Below, piece by piece: positions 56,408 through 64,000 of a stretch of 64,000 nt of DNA. A program made the position numbers and the translations under genes. The DNA is from Phenylobacterium sp. (GTDB lineage Bacteria; Pseudomonadota; Alphaproteobacteria; Caulobacterales; Caulobacteraceae). Each line of letters begins with the position of its first letter. The stretch's first letter is position 1. The notes beneath the pieces were generated by a model. That model had not been told where the DNA came from and did not search any database. It saw only the letters and a list, made by a program, of their open reading frames with translations. The stretch lies in the NCBI RefSeq assembly GCF_965229015.1, contig NZ_CBDDIM010000001.1, positions 622,198 through 686,197 of the forward strand, read 5' to 3'.

Positions 56408-57895
56408 ATGGCGAGGAGATTCTGGGCGGCGGCGGGGCTGGTTCTGGCCCTGGCGGCGGGCGGGGCGCAGGCCGCGCCGGACCTGGCCAGGATGACCGGC
56501 GGCGAGCTGACCGCCTTCACGCGGCAGATGCCCAAGGGCGGCGAACTGCACAACCACATCGCCGGCGCGATCTTCCCCGAGACCCTGCTGGCCTGGGCGG
56601 CGGAGGACGGCCTCTGCGTCAACCTCAAGACCCTGGCCCTGACCCCGCCCTGCCAGCCGGGGGAGGATCTCAAGCTGGCCGCGGTCCTGGCCGGCGACGA
56701 CCTGCTGCGCACGGCGATGATCGACAGCCTGTCGGTGCGGCGTCCCGACTTCCTGGACCGCTCGGGCCACGACCAGTTCTTCGGCGCCTTCGGACGCTTC
56801 GGGGCGGTGGGCGCCAAGCGGGGCGGGGATAGTCTGGCCCTGGTGATGGACGGCCTGGCCCGGCAGAACACCTTCTATCTCGAGGCCATGGTGACGCCTC
56901 AAGGCGCGTCGTCGCGGATCCTGGGGGCGAAGGTCGGCTGGAAAGGCGGGGATCTGGCGGCCCAGAAGGCGGCCAACAGCGCCGCGGGCCTCGAGGCGCT
57001 GGTTCCGGCCGCCATGGCCGAGACCGACGCCCTGGAGGCGCGGGCGCGGGCGGTGATGAAGTGCGGGACGCCGGAGGCCGCGCCGGGCTGCCAGGTGACC
57101 GTGCGCTACCTGGTCCAGGCCGGGCGTGTCGGGCCGCCGGAGCAGACGTTCGCCCAGCTCCAGCTCGGAGTGGCGCTGATCGCCGCCGACCGGCGCTGGG
57201 TCGGGTTGCAGCTGGTGGCCCCGGAGGACCATCCCCAGGCCCTGGCCAATTACAGCCTGCACATGAGGATGGTGGACTATCTGACCGACCATGGCCGGAC
57301 CGCCAAGGCGGCCCTGCACGCCGGCGAGCTTTCCTTCAAGTACGCCACGCCTGAGGCGTTGCGCTTCCACATCGCGCAGGCGGTGCGGGTGGCCGGCGCG
57401 CGCCGCATCGGGCACGGGGTCGACCTGCCCCTGGAGACCGACGCCGAGGGCCTGGCCGCGGAGATGGCCGCCCAGGGAATCCTGGTGGAGGTGAACCTCA
57501 CGTCCAACGACAAGATCCTGGAGGTGTCCGGCAAGGCCCATCCCTATGCCTGGCTGCGCCAGCGCCGGGTGCCGGTGAGCCTCTCCACCGACGACGCCGG
57601 CATCCTGCGGATCGACCTCTCCCACGAATACGCCCGGGCCGCCGACGAGGGGGCGAGCTACGGCGACCTGAAGGCCTCGGCGCGCAACGCCATCGCCTAT
57701 TCCTTCTTGAGCGGGGAGGGGTTGTGGTCCGATCCGGGGACCTATCGGCGGCCGGCCAAGGCCTGCGCCGGTCAGATCGGCCAGGTCGAGCCGAGGCCGG
57801 GCCCCTGCGCGGCCCTGGTGGCCGGCAGCGACAAGGCCCGAGAGCAGTGGCGCCACGAACGGCTGCTGGCGGCCTTCGAGGCGGGGGCCAGATGA
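56408..57895 (+). CDS. Secreted adenosine deaminase family protein
   Basis: Signal peptide (AQA-APD); PKGGELHNH, HAGE, RIGHG and STDD. Confidence 0.88.
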   Translation: MARRFWAAAGLVLALAAGGAQAAPDLARMTGGELTAFTRQMPKGGELHNHIAGAIFPETLLAWAAEDGLCVNLKTLALTPPCQPGEDLKLAAVLAGDDLLRTAMIDSLSVRRPDFLDRSGHDQFFGAFGRFGAVGAKRGGDSLALVMDGLARQNTFYLEAMVTPQGASSRILGAKVGWKGGDLAAQKAANSAAGLEALVPAAMAETDALEARARAVMKCGTPEAAPGCQVTVRYLVQAGRVGPPEQTFAQLQLGVALIAADRRWVGLQLVAPEDHPQALANYSLHMRMVDYLTDHGRTAKAALHAGELSFKYATPEALRFHIAQAVRVAGARRIGHGVDLPLETDAEGLAAEMAAQGILVEVNLTSNDKILEVSGKAHPYAWLRQRRVPVSLSTDDAGILRIDLSHEYARAADEGASYGDLKASARNAIAYSFLSGEGLWSDPGTYRRPAKACAGQIGQVEPRPGPCAALVAGSDKAREQWRHERLLAAFEAGAR

Positions 57896-57986
57896 CCGGG
57901 CTGTCATGACCTCGAATTAAGCTGCCTTGGCCTGCAGCGCCGTCTACCGTCGCCTCAAGATTGATCCATCAAGAGGAGGGGACCCC

Positions 57987-58826
57987 ATGCGTCTTCCGAC
58001 CATTCTCACCGCCGCGTCGGCCCTGGCCCTGATGGCCGGCGCCGCGTCCGCCGCCAACGCCGCCACCGTCGAGGTCAAGGACGCCGTCGCCCGGGTGGTG
58101 GTGATCCCCGAGGACCGGGGCGACATCAAGGTGGAGTTCCTGACCACCAATCCCAGCCTGCCGCTGCAGGTCCGCAGCATGGGCGGCAAGACCATCGTCG
58201 ACGGCGATCTCGATCGGAAGATCAAGAGCTGCAACAGCAGCGGCGGTCGGACCCGGGTCTTTGTCTCGGGAATCGGCGACGTGGCCTATGAGGACATGCC
58301 CCAGATTGTGATCCGCACCCCCAAGGACGCCAAGGTCGAGGCCGGCGGGGCGGTGTTCGGCTCGGTGGGCAAGACCGCCAGCCTGGAGCTCTCCAACGCC
58401 GGCTGCGGCGACTGGACGGTGGGCAATGTGGCCGGGAAGATGAACATCAACGTCGCCGGCTCGGGCGACACCAGCACCGGCTCGGCCGGGGAGGCGAACC
58501 TGCGGGTGGCCGGGTCCGGGGACGTCCGCACCCAGGCCGTGGCCGGGGCGCTGGAGGTGTCCGTGGCCGGGTCGGGCGACGTGGACGTGGCCTCGATCTC
58601 GGGTCCGCTGAACGTCAAGATCGCCGGCTCCGGGGACGTGAAGATCTCCGGCGGCCACGCCAGCCAGGTGACCACCTCCATCGCCGGCTCGGGCAATGTC
58701 GACTTCAACGGCGTGGCGGGCAGCCTGACGGCGAAGATCGCAGGGTCCGGCGACGTCCACGTCAAGTCGGTGACCGGTGCTGTATCCAAGGCCATCGTCG
58801 GCTCGGGCAATGTGAGCATCGGCTGA
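57987..58826 (+). CDS. Secreted DUF2807/GIN-type beta-solenoid protein
   Basis: Signal peptide; repeated VAGSGDV motifs; GAGGAGG RBS before ATG 57987. Confidence 0.85.
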   Translation: MRLPTILTAASALALMAGAASAANAATVEVKDAVARVVVIPEDRGDIKVEFLTTNPSLPLQVRSMGGKTIVDGDLDRKIKSCNSSGGRTRVFVSGIGDVAYEDMPQIVIRTPKDAKVEAGGAVFGSVGKTASLELSNAGCGDWTVGNVAGKMNINVAGSGDTSTGSAGEANLRVAGSGDVRTQAVAGALEVSVAGSGDVDVASISGPLNVKIAGSGDVKISGGHASQVTTSIAGSGNVDFNGVAGSLTAKIAGSGDVHVKSVTGAVSKAIVGSGNVSIG

Positions 58827-58866
58827 ATTGGCGGTTGATGAAGTGGTGCGCCCGGGGGGCTTGGGA

Positions 58867-58880
58867 TTTACAGATGTAAA
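58867..58880. promoter_or_regulatory. Palindrome TTTACA-GA-TGTAAA upstream of the second DUF2807-like gene
   Basis: AT-rich inverted repeat 21 bp upstream of ATG 58902. Confidence 0.45.
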
Positions 58881-58901
58881 CTTCTCTGGTCTGGTCAGGC
58901 C

Positions 58902-59654
58902 ATGAAGTTCCTGTTCAGTCTCACGATCGCCCTGGGGGCGCCGGCCCTGGCCCTGGCCGCGCCGGCCCTGACCCTGGAGGCGCCGGCGGCCCGCCTGGTG
59001 GTCATCCCCGAGGCGCGGCCCGACATGGCGCTCACCGCCGACCCGCGGCTGGCCATCCATCCCGTGGCCGGCGGCGGCGCCCGGGTCACCGGGGCCAGCT
59101 CCTGGCTGGAGCAGACCCTGCCCTGGGTGTTCGGCTATCGCTGCACCGCCGCCGGCGTCAGCCGCTGGGGGCGGGCCATCGCCCTCAAGGACCTGCCCAC
59201 CCTGACCGCGCGGGTTCCCCTGGACGCCGACATCACCACCCGCGGCGCGGTGTTCGGCCAGGCCGGCGCCGGCCGGTCCCTGAAGCTCTCGGCGACCGGT
59301 TGCGGGACCTGGCGGCTGGCGCCCCTCTCCAGCGGCCTGACCGTGACCCAGACCGGACCTGGCCAGGTGATCGCCAGCCACGTGGACGGCGCCCTGAAGG
59401 CGACCGTGGACGGCTCCGGGACCATCGTGGTGGGGCAGGGGGTCACCTCCACCGCCAAGCTGATCATGAAGGGCGACGGCCGCATCGACGACCGGGGAAC
59501 CGTCGGCATGCTGGACGCCGAGATGCGCGGATCGGGCCTGATCACGGTGCGCCTGCTCGCCGGACAGGCGAAGGTGGCCTATGACGGGGACGGCAATGTC
59601 CGGTGGGGCCGACCCAAGGGCAAGAAGTTCTGCGCGGGCCTGGCCTGCTACTGA
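58902..59654 (+). CDS. Secreted DUF2807/GIN-like protein, diverged paralog
   Basis: Signal peptide; similar N-terminal RLVVIPEAR.D motif and GSG repeats. Confidence 0.78.
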   Translation: MKFLFSLTIALGAPALALAAPALTLEAPAARLVVIPEARPDMALTADPRLAIHPVAGGGARVTGASSWLEQTLPWVFGYRCTAAGVSRWGRAIALKDLPTLTARVPLDADITTRGAVFGQAGAGRSLKLSATGCGTWRLAPLSSGLTVTQTGPGQVIASHVDGALKATVDGSGTIVVGQGVTSTAKLIMKGDGRIDDRGTVGMLDAEMRGSGLITVRLLAGQAKVAYDGDGNVRWGRPKGKKFCAGLACY

Positions 59655-59696
59655 ACCGAGCCTCCGAAACTTCCTGAACCGGGGCCGTTGCTGGCC

Positions 59697-59725
59697 TTGA
59701 CGAGGCCGAGTCGCACACGTATAGA
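59697..59725 (+). promoter_or_regulatory. Sigma70-type promoter of the S10 operon
   Basis: TTGACG-N17-TATAGA. Confidence 0.65.
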
Positions 59726-59977
59726 CGCGCCTCTTGTTGGATCGGCTGTGCGCTTCGAAGTGATTTGAGGCGCAGACGCGGTTCGCAGAACGACCCGGAA
59801 CCCTGAGAAATCGGGCGACCGGGCGGGGCCCTCGCGGAAACCTTTCGCGCGGGCCTATGTCGTTTTTAGCGGACTTACGCGTACGAGCGTCTCCCTTGGG
59901 GGGCGTTTGGGTTGGTCTTTGAAATGGTCAAAGTCACGCGGACGGACCGTCGTCTGTAGGGGAAATTGAAGAGCGAT

Positions 59978-60286
59978 ATGGATCGTCAGAACATCCGCAT
60001 CCGGCTCAAGGCCTTCGATCACCGCGTGCTGGATCATTCCACGCGTGAGATCGTCAATACGGCCAAGCGCACCGGCGCGACCGTCCGGGGGCCCATCCCC
60101 CTGCCGACGCACATCGAAAAATTCACCGTCAACCGCTCGCCGCACATCGACAAGAAGTCGCGCGAGCAGTTCGAAATCCGCACGCACAAGCGCGTGCTCG
60201 ATATCGTCGACCCCACCCCGCAGACCGTGGACGCGCTGATGAAGCTCGACCTGTCCGCCGGCGTGGACGTCGAGATCAAGCTCTAG
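59978..60286 (+). CDS. rpsJ: 30S ribosomal protein S10
   Basis: [14 protein letters not shown] and [14 protein letters not shown]. Confidence 0.99.
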   Translation: MDRQNIRIRLKAFDHRVLDHSTREIVNTAKRTGATVRGPIPLPTHIEKFTVNRSPHIDKKSREQFEIRTHKRVLDIVDPTPQTVDALMKLDLSAGVDVEIKL

Positions 60287-60299
60287 AGGGGATCGGTCG

Positions 60300-61055
60300 A
60301 TGCGTACCGGCGTGATCGCCAAGAAACTGGGCATGGCGCGCTTCTTCGATGAAGCGGGAACCCATGTGCCGGTGACCGTCCTCAGCCTCGAAGGCTGCCA
60401 GGTCACCGCTCATCGGACCCAGGATAAAGACGGCTATGTCGCCCTCCAGCTCGGAGCCGGCGTCAAGAAGGCCAAGAACACCTCCAAGGCCATGCGTGGT
60501 CACTTCGCCAAGAGCGAAGTCGAGCCCAAGCACGAGCTGGCCGAGTTCCGCGTCACCGCGGACAACCTCATCGACGTGGGCGCCGAGCTCACTGCCGACC
60601 ACTTCGTCCCCGGCCAGAAGGTCGACGTGACGGCCAAGACGGTCGGTAAGGGCTTCCAGGGCGCCATGAAGCGCTGGAACTTCGGCGGCATGCGCGCCAC
60701 CCACGGCGTGTCGGTCTCCCACCGGGCGCACGGCTCCACCGGTCAACGGCAGGATCCGGGCAAGACCTTCAAGGGCAAGAAGATGGCCGGCCACCTCGGC
60801 CAGGAAACCGTCACCACCCTGAACGTCTCGGTCTGGCGCATCGACGTCGAGCGCGGCCTGATCCTGATCAAGGGCGCGGTCCCCGGCACCGAGGGCACCT
60901 ACGTAAAGATCCGCGACGCCATCAAGTCGGCCCGTCCGGCTGAAGCCCCGGTCCCCGGCGGCTTCCGCAAGGCTGGCCAGGTCGCTCCCGCCGCTGACGC
61001 GGCGCCGGTGGACGAGGCTCCGGCCGAAGCCCCCGCAGCCGAGGGCGCAGAATAA
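60300..61055 (+). CDS. rplC: 50S ribosomal protein L3
   Basis: [13 protein letters not shown] and GKKMAGHLG. Confidence 0.99.
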   Translation: MRTGVIAKKLGMARFFDEAGTHVPVTVLSLEGCQVTAHRTQDKDGYVALQLGAGVKKAKNTSKAMRGHFAKSEVEPKHELAEFRVTADNLIDVGAELTADHFVPGQKVDVTAKTVGKGFQGAMKRWNFGGMRATHGVSVSHRAHGSTGQRQDPGKTFKGKKMAGHLGQETVTTLNVSVWRIDVERGLILIKGAVPGTEGTYVKIRDAIKSARPAEAPVPGGFRKAGQVAPAADAAPVDEAPAEAPAAEGAE

Positions 61056-61693
61056 TGAAACTCGACGTCATCAAACTTGACGGCGCCAAGGGTGGTTCGA
61101 TCGAACTGTCCGACGCCGTGTTCGGCATCGACGAGATCCGTGGCGACATCCTTCAGCGCATGGTGACCTGGCAACTCGCCAAGCGCCGCGCCGGGACCCA
61201 CAAGATCCAGGTCCGCAACGAGGTCTCTCGTACGGGCAAGAAGATGTACAAGCAGAAGGGCTCCGGCGGCGCCCGTCACGGTTCGCGCCGTGCGGCTCAG
61301 TTCGTCGGCGGCGCCAAGGCCCACGGTCCCGTGGTCCGCAGCCACGCCTTCGACCTGCCCAAGAAGTTCCGCGCCCTGGCCCTGCGCCATGCGCTGTCCT
61401 CCAAGGTCAAGACCGGCTCGCTGGTCGTCCTGGACGCCGCGGTGCTGACCGATCCGAAGACCGCCGCCCTTCGCGCCCAGTTCGACACCATGGGCCTGAA
61501 GAACGCGCTGATCATCGCCGGCGCCGAAGTGGACAACAACTTCGCCCTGGCCGCTCGCAACATTCCCAACGTGGATGTGCTGCCGAACGCCGGCCTCAAC
61601 GTCTATGACGTGCTGCGTCGCCATACGCTGGTCCTGACCAAGGACGCGGTGGATGCGATCAACGCCCGTTTCGCTGAGAAGGAGGCCGCGTGA
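61055..61693 (+). CDS. rplD: 50S ribosomal protein L4
   Basis: [15 protein letters not shown] and GGAKAHGP. Confidence 0.99.
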   Translation: MKLDVIKLDGAKGGSIELSDAVFGIDEIRGDILQRMVTWQLAKRRAGTHKIQVRNEVSRTGKKMYKQKGSGGARHGSRRAAQFVGGAKAHGPVVRSHAFDLPKKFRALALRHALSSKVKTGSLVVLDAAVLTDPKTAALRAQFDTMGLKNALIIAGAEVDNNFALAARNIPNVDVLPNAGLNVYDVLRRHTLVLTKDAVDAINARFAEKEAA

Positions 61694-61992
61694 TGGCTAA
61701 CCCCGTCGCCCGCCACTACGACGCGATCCTGTCGCCCGTGATCACCGAGAAGGCCACCCTGCTCTCCGAGCAGAACAAGGTCGTCTTCCGCGTGGCCATG
61801 GACGCGACCAAGGACGAAATCTCCGCAGCCGTCGAAGCGCTGTTCAAGGTCACGGTCACCAAGGTCAACACCCTGGTGGTCAAGGGCAAGACCAAGCGCT
61901 TCCGGGGCCGTCCGGGCCGTCGCTCGGACGTCAAGAAAGCTGTCGTGACCCTGGCCGAAGGCCAGTCGATCGACATCACCACGGGGCTCTAA
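61693..61992 (+). CDS. rplW: 50S ribosomal protein L23
   Basis: [14 protein letters not shown] and KKAVVTL. Confidence 0.98.
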   Translation: MANPVARHYDAILSPVITEKATLLSEQNKVVFRVAMDATKDEISAAVEALFKVTVTKVNTLVVKGKTKRFRGRPGRRSDVKKAVVTLAEGQSIDITTGL

Positions 61993-61996
61993 GCCG

Positions 61997-62833
61997 ATGG
62001 CTCTGAAGCATTACAATCCGACTTCGCCGGGCCGTCGTAGCCTGGTGCTGGTCGACCGTTCCGAGCTCCACAAGGGCGGGCCGGTCAAGTCCCTGGTTCA
62101 GGGCCTGACCAAGTCCGGCGGTCGTGGCGGCGGTGGTCGTATCGCCGTTCGCTTCCGCGGCGGCGGCGCCAAGCGCCTCTATCGGATGGTCGACTTCAAG
62201 CGCCGGAAGTGGGACATGCCCGCGACCGTCGAGCGCCTGGAATACGACCCCAACCGCACCGCCTGGATCGCGCTGATCAAGTATGAGGACGGCGAGCTGT
62301 CCTACATCCTGGCTCCGCAGCGCCTCAAGGTCGGCGACCAGGTGATCGCCTCCGAGAAGGCCGACGTGAAGCCGGGCAACGCCATGCCGCTTCGTGGCAT
62401 GCCCATCGGCACGATCATCCACAACATCGAGCTGAAGCCCCTCAAGGGCGGCCAGGTCGCCCGGTCCGCCGGCGCCTACGCCCAGCTGGTCGGCCGCGAC
62501 GCCGGCTACGCCCAGATCCGTCTGGGTTCGGGCGAGCTTCGGATGGTCCAGGACACCTGCATGGCCACGGTCGGCGCGGTGTCCAACCAGGACCACATGA
62601 ACCAGGTCCTGGGTAAGGCCGGCCGCACGCGTCACATGGGCTTCCGCCCGCACGTCCGCGGCGTCGTCATGAACCCGGTCGACCACCCCCACGGCGGCGG
62701 CGAAGGCCGCACCTCGGGCGGTCGTCACCCGGTCACGCCTTGGGGCAAGCCGACCAAGGGCTCCAAGACCCGCACCAACAAGACGACGGACAAGTACATC
62801 ATCCGTTCGCGCCATGCTCGGAAGGCTCGTTAA
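61997..62833 (+). CDS. rplB: 50S ribosomal protein L2
   Basis: EYDPNRTA and [18 protein letters not shown]. Confidence 0.99.
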   Translation: MALKHYNPTSPGRRSLVLVDRSELHKGGPVKSLVQGLTKSGGRGGGGRIAVRFRGGGAKRLYRMVDFKRRKWDMPATVERLEYDPNRTAWIALIKYEDGELSYILAPQRLKVGDQVIASEKADVKPGNAMPLRGMPIGTIIHNIELKPLKGGQVARSAGAYAQLVGRDAGYAQIRLGSGELRMVQDTCMATVGAVSNQDHMNQVLGKAGRTRHMGFRPHVRGVVMNPVDHPHGGGEGRTSGGRHPVTPWGKPTKGSKTRTNKTTDKYIIRSRHARKAR

Positions 62834-62836
62834 TCC

Positions 62837-63115
62837 ATGACCCGTTCCGTCTGGAAAGGTCCGTTCGTCGACGGATACCTGCTCAAGAAGGCCGAGACCG
62901 CCCAAGGGTCCGGCCGCAAGGACGTGATCAAGACCTGGTCGCGCCGCTCCACCATCATGCCGCAGTTCGTCGGTCTGACGTTCGGCGTGCACAACGGCCA
63001 GAAGCACGTCCCCGTGCTGGTCAGCGAAGACATGGTCGGCATGAAGCTCGGTGAGTTCGCGCCCACCCGGTACTTCCCCGGCCACGCCGCCGACAAGAAG
63101 GCGAAGAGGAAGTAG
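62837..63115 (+). CDS. rpsS: 30S ribosomal protein S19
   Basis: [17 protein letters not shown] and GEFAPTR. Confidence 0.99.
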   Translation: MTRSVWKGPFVDGYLLKKAETAQGSGRKDVIKTWSRRSTIMPQFVGLTFGVHNGQKHVPVLVSEDMVGMKLGEFAPTRYFPGHAADKKAKRK

Positions 63116-63116
63116 C

Positions 63117-63497
63117 ATGTCCAAGCAAGCGAAACCCCGTCGGCTCGAGGCCGCTGAAGCCATGGCCAAGGTGCGCACCCTGCGCACCTCGGCTCAGAAG
63201 CTGAACCTCGTGGCCCAGTCGATCCGCGGCCTGAAGGTGCAGCGGGCCCTGAACGAACTCGAGTTCAGCCCCAAGCGCATCGCCCAGGACGTCCGCAAGG
63301 CGCTCTATTCGGCGATCTCCAACGCCGAGAACAACCACAACCTCGACATCGACTCGCTCGTCGTCGCCGAGGCCTTCGTGGGCAAGAACCTGGTGATGAA
63401 GCGTTTCGCCGCCCGCGCTCGCGGCCGTGCGTCGCGCATTGAAAAGCCGTTCAGCGAGATCACCATCGTGGTCCGCGAACTGGGTGAGGCTGCCTGA
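63117..63497 (+). CDS. rplV: 50S ribosomal protein L22
   Basis: [10 protein letters not shown] and [21 protein letters not shown]. Confidence 0.98.
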   Translation: MSKQAKPRRLEAAEAMAKVRTLRTSAQKLNLVAQSIRGLKVQRALNELEFSPKRIAQDVRKALYSAISNAENNHNLDIDSLVVAEAFVGKNLVMKRFAARARGRASRIEKPFSEITIVVRELGEAA

Positions 63498-64000
63498 TGG
63501 GTCAGAAAGTAAATCCGGTCGGGCTTCGCCTCGGCATCAACCGTACCTGGGACAGCCGTTGGTTCGCCGACGGTCCGGAGTACGGCAAGCTGCTGCACGA
63601 AGACATCAAGGTCCGTAAGATGCTGAAGAAGCGTCTCTATCAGGCCGGCGTCTCGCGCATCATCATCGAGCGTCCGCACAAGAAGTGCCGCATCACCATC
63701 TATGCCGCGCGCCCTGGCGTGATCATCGGCAAGAAGGGTGCGGACATCGACAAGCTCCGCAAGGACGTCAACACCATCACCGACGGCGAGGTTCACCTGA
63801 ACATCGTCGAGATCCGCAAGCCCGAGACCGACGCTCAACTGGTGGCCGAGAACATCGCCCAGCAGCTGGAACGCCGGATCGCCTTCCGCCGCGCCATGAA
63901 GCGCTCGCTGCAAAGCGCGCTGCGTCTGGGCGCCAAGGGGATGCGGGTCGAAGTGGCCGGCCGCCTCGGCGGGGCCGAAATCGCGCGGACCGAGAGCTAT
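63497..64000 (+). CDS. rpsC: 30S ribosomal protein S3, partial
   Basis: [24 protein letters not shown]...; runs off the window end. Confidence 0.98.
   Translation, partial: MGQKVNPVGLRLGINRTWDSRWFADGPEYGKLLHEDIKVRKMLKKRLYQAGVSRIIIERPHKKCRITIYAARPGVIIGKKGADIDKLRKDVNTITDGEVHLNIVEIRKPETDAQLVAENIAQQLERRIAFRRAMKRSLQSALRLGAKGMRVEVAGRLGGAEIARTESY

Overview
High-GC alphaproteobacterial chromosomal DNA. The EF-Tu, RpoB/C and ribosomal protein sequences and the promoter style point to Caulobacteraceae (Phenylobacterium/Caulobacter-like); this placement is recognition from memory, not a search. The right half (33.6-64 kb) is a nearly contiguous translation/transcription supercluster: tRNA-Tyr, tRNA-Gly, tuf, tRNA-Trp, secE, nusG, rplKAJL, rpoBC, rpsL, rpsG, fusA, tuf, then rpsJ to rpsC (partial). 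It is interrupted by a 57-aa ORF after the first tuf, a two-gene insert between rpoC and rpsL, and a five-gene insert of predicted exported proteins between the second tuf and rpsJ. The left half holds an RND efflux pump, a lipoprotein cytochrome c, a cNMP-domain thioredoxin-reductase-like protein with a ZnF-UBP partner, an Mg2+ P-type ATPase, tRNA-Thr, potFGHI, an Lnt-like hydrolase plus GntR regulator, metG, two tandem TerC/YjbE genes and a lipoprotein with a His/Asp repeat tail. Best candidates for something undescribed: (1) the His-repeat lipoprotein upstream of two TerC paralogs, a possible metal-handling module; (2) an unannotated sRNA of suhB/alpha-r8 (GsrN/MmgR-like) type at about 12.2 kb; (3) three FNR/FixK boxes, including a compound operator before a diiron ferritin-like enzyme and a probably leaderless mgtA; (4) the Lnt-like/GntR unit with a perfect 26-bp palindrome over its -10; (5) the CxxC-less cNMP-reductase/ZnF-UBP pair; (6) the exported-protein insert between tuf and rpsJ. 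No CRISPR array, integrase, transposase or prophage is supported.
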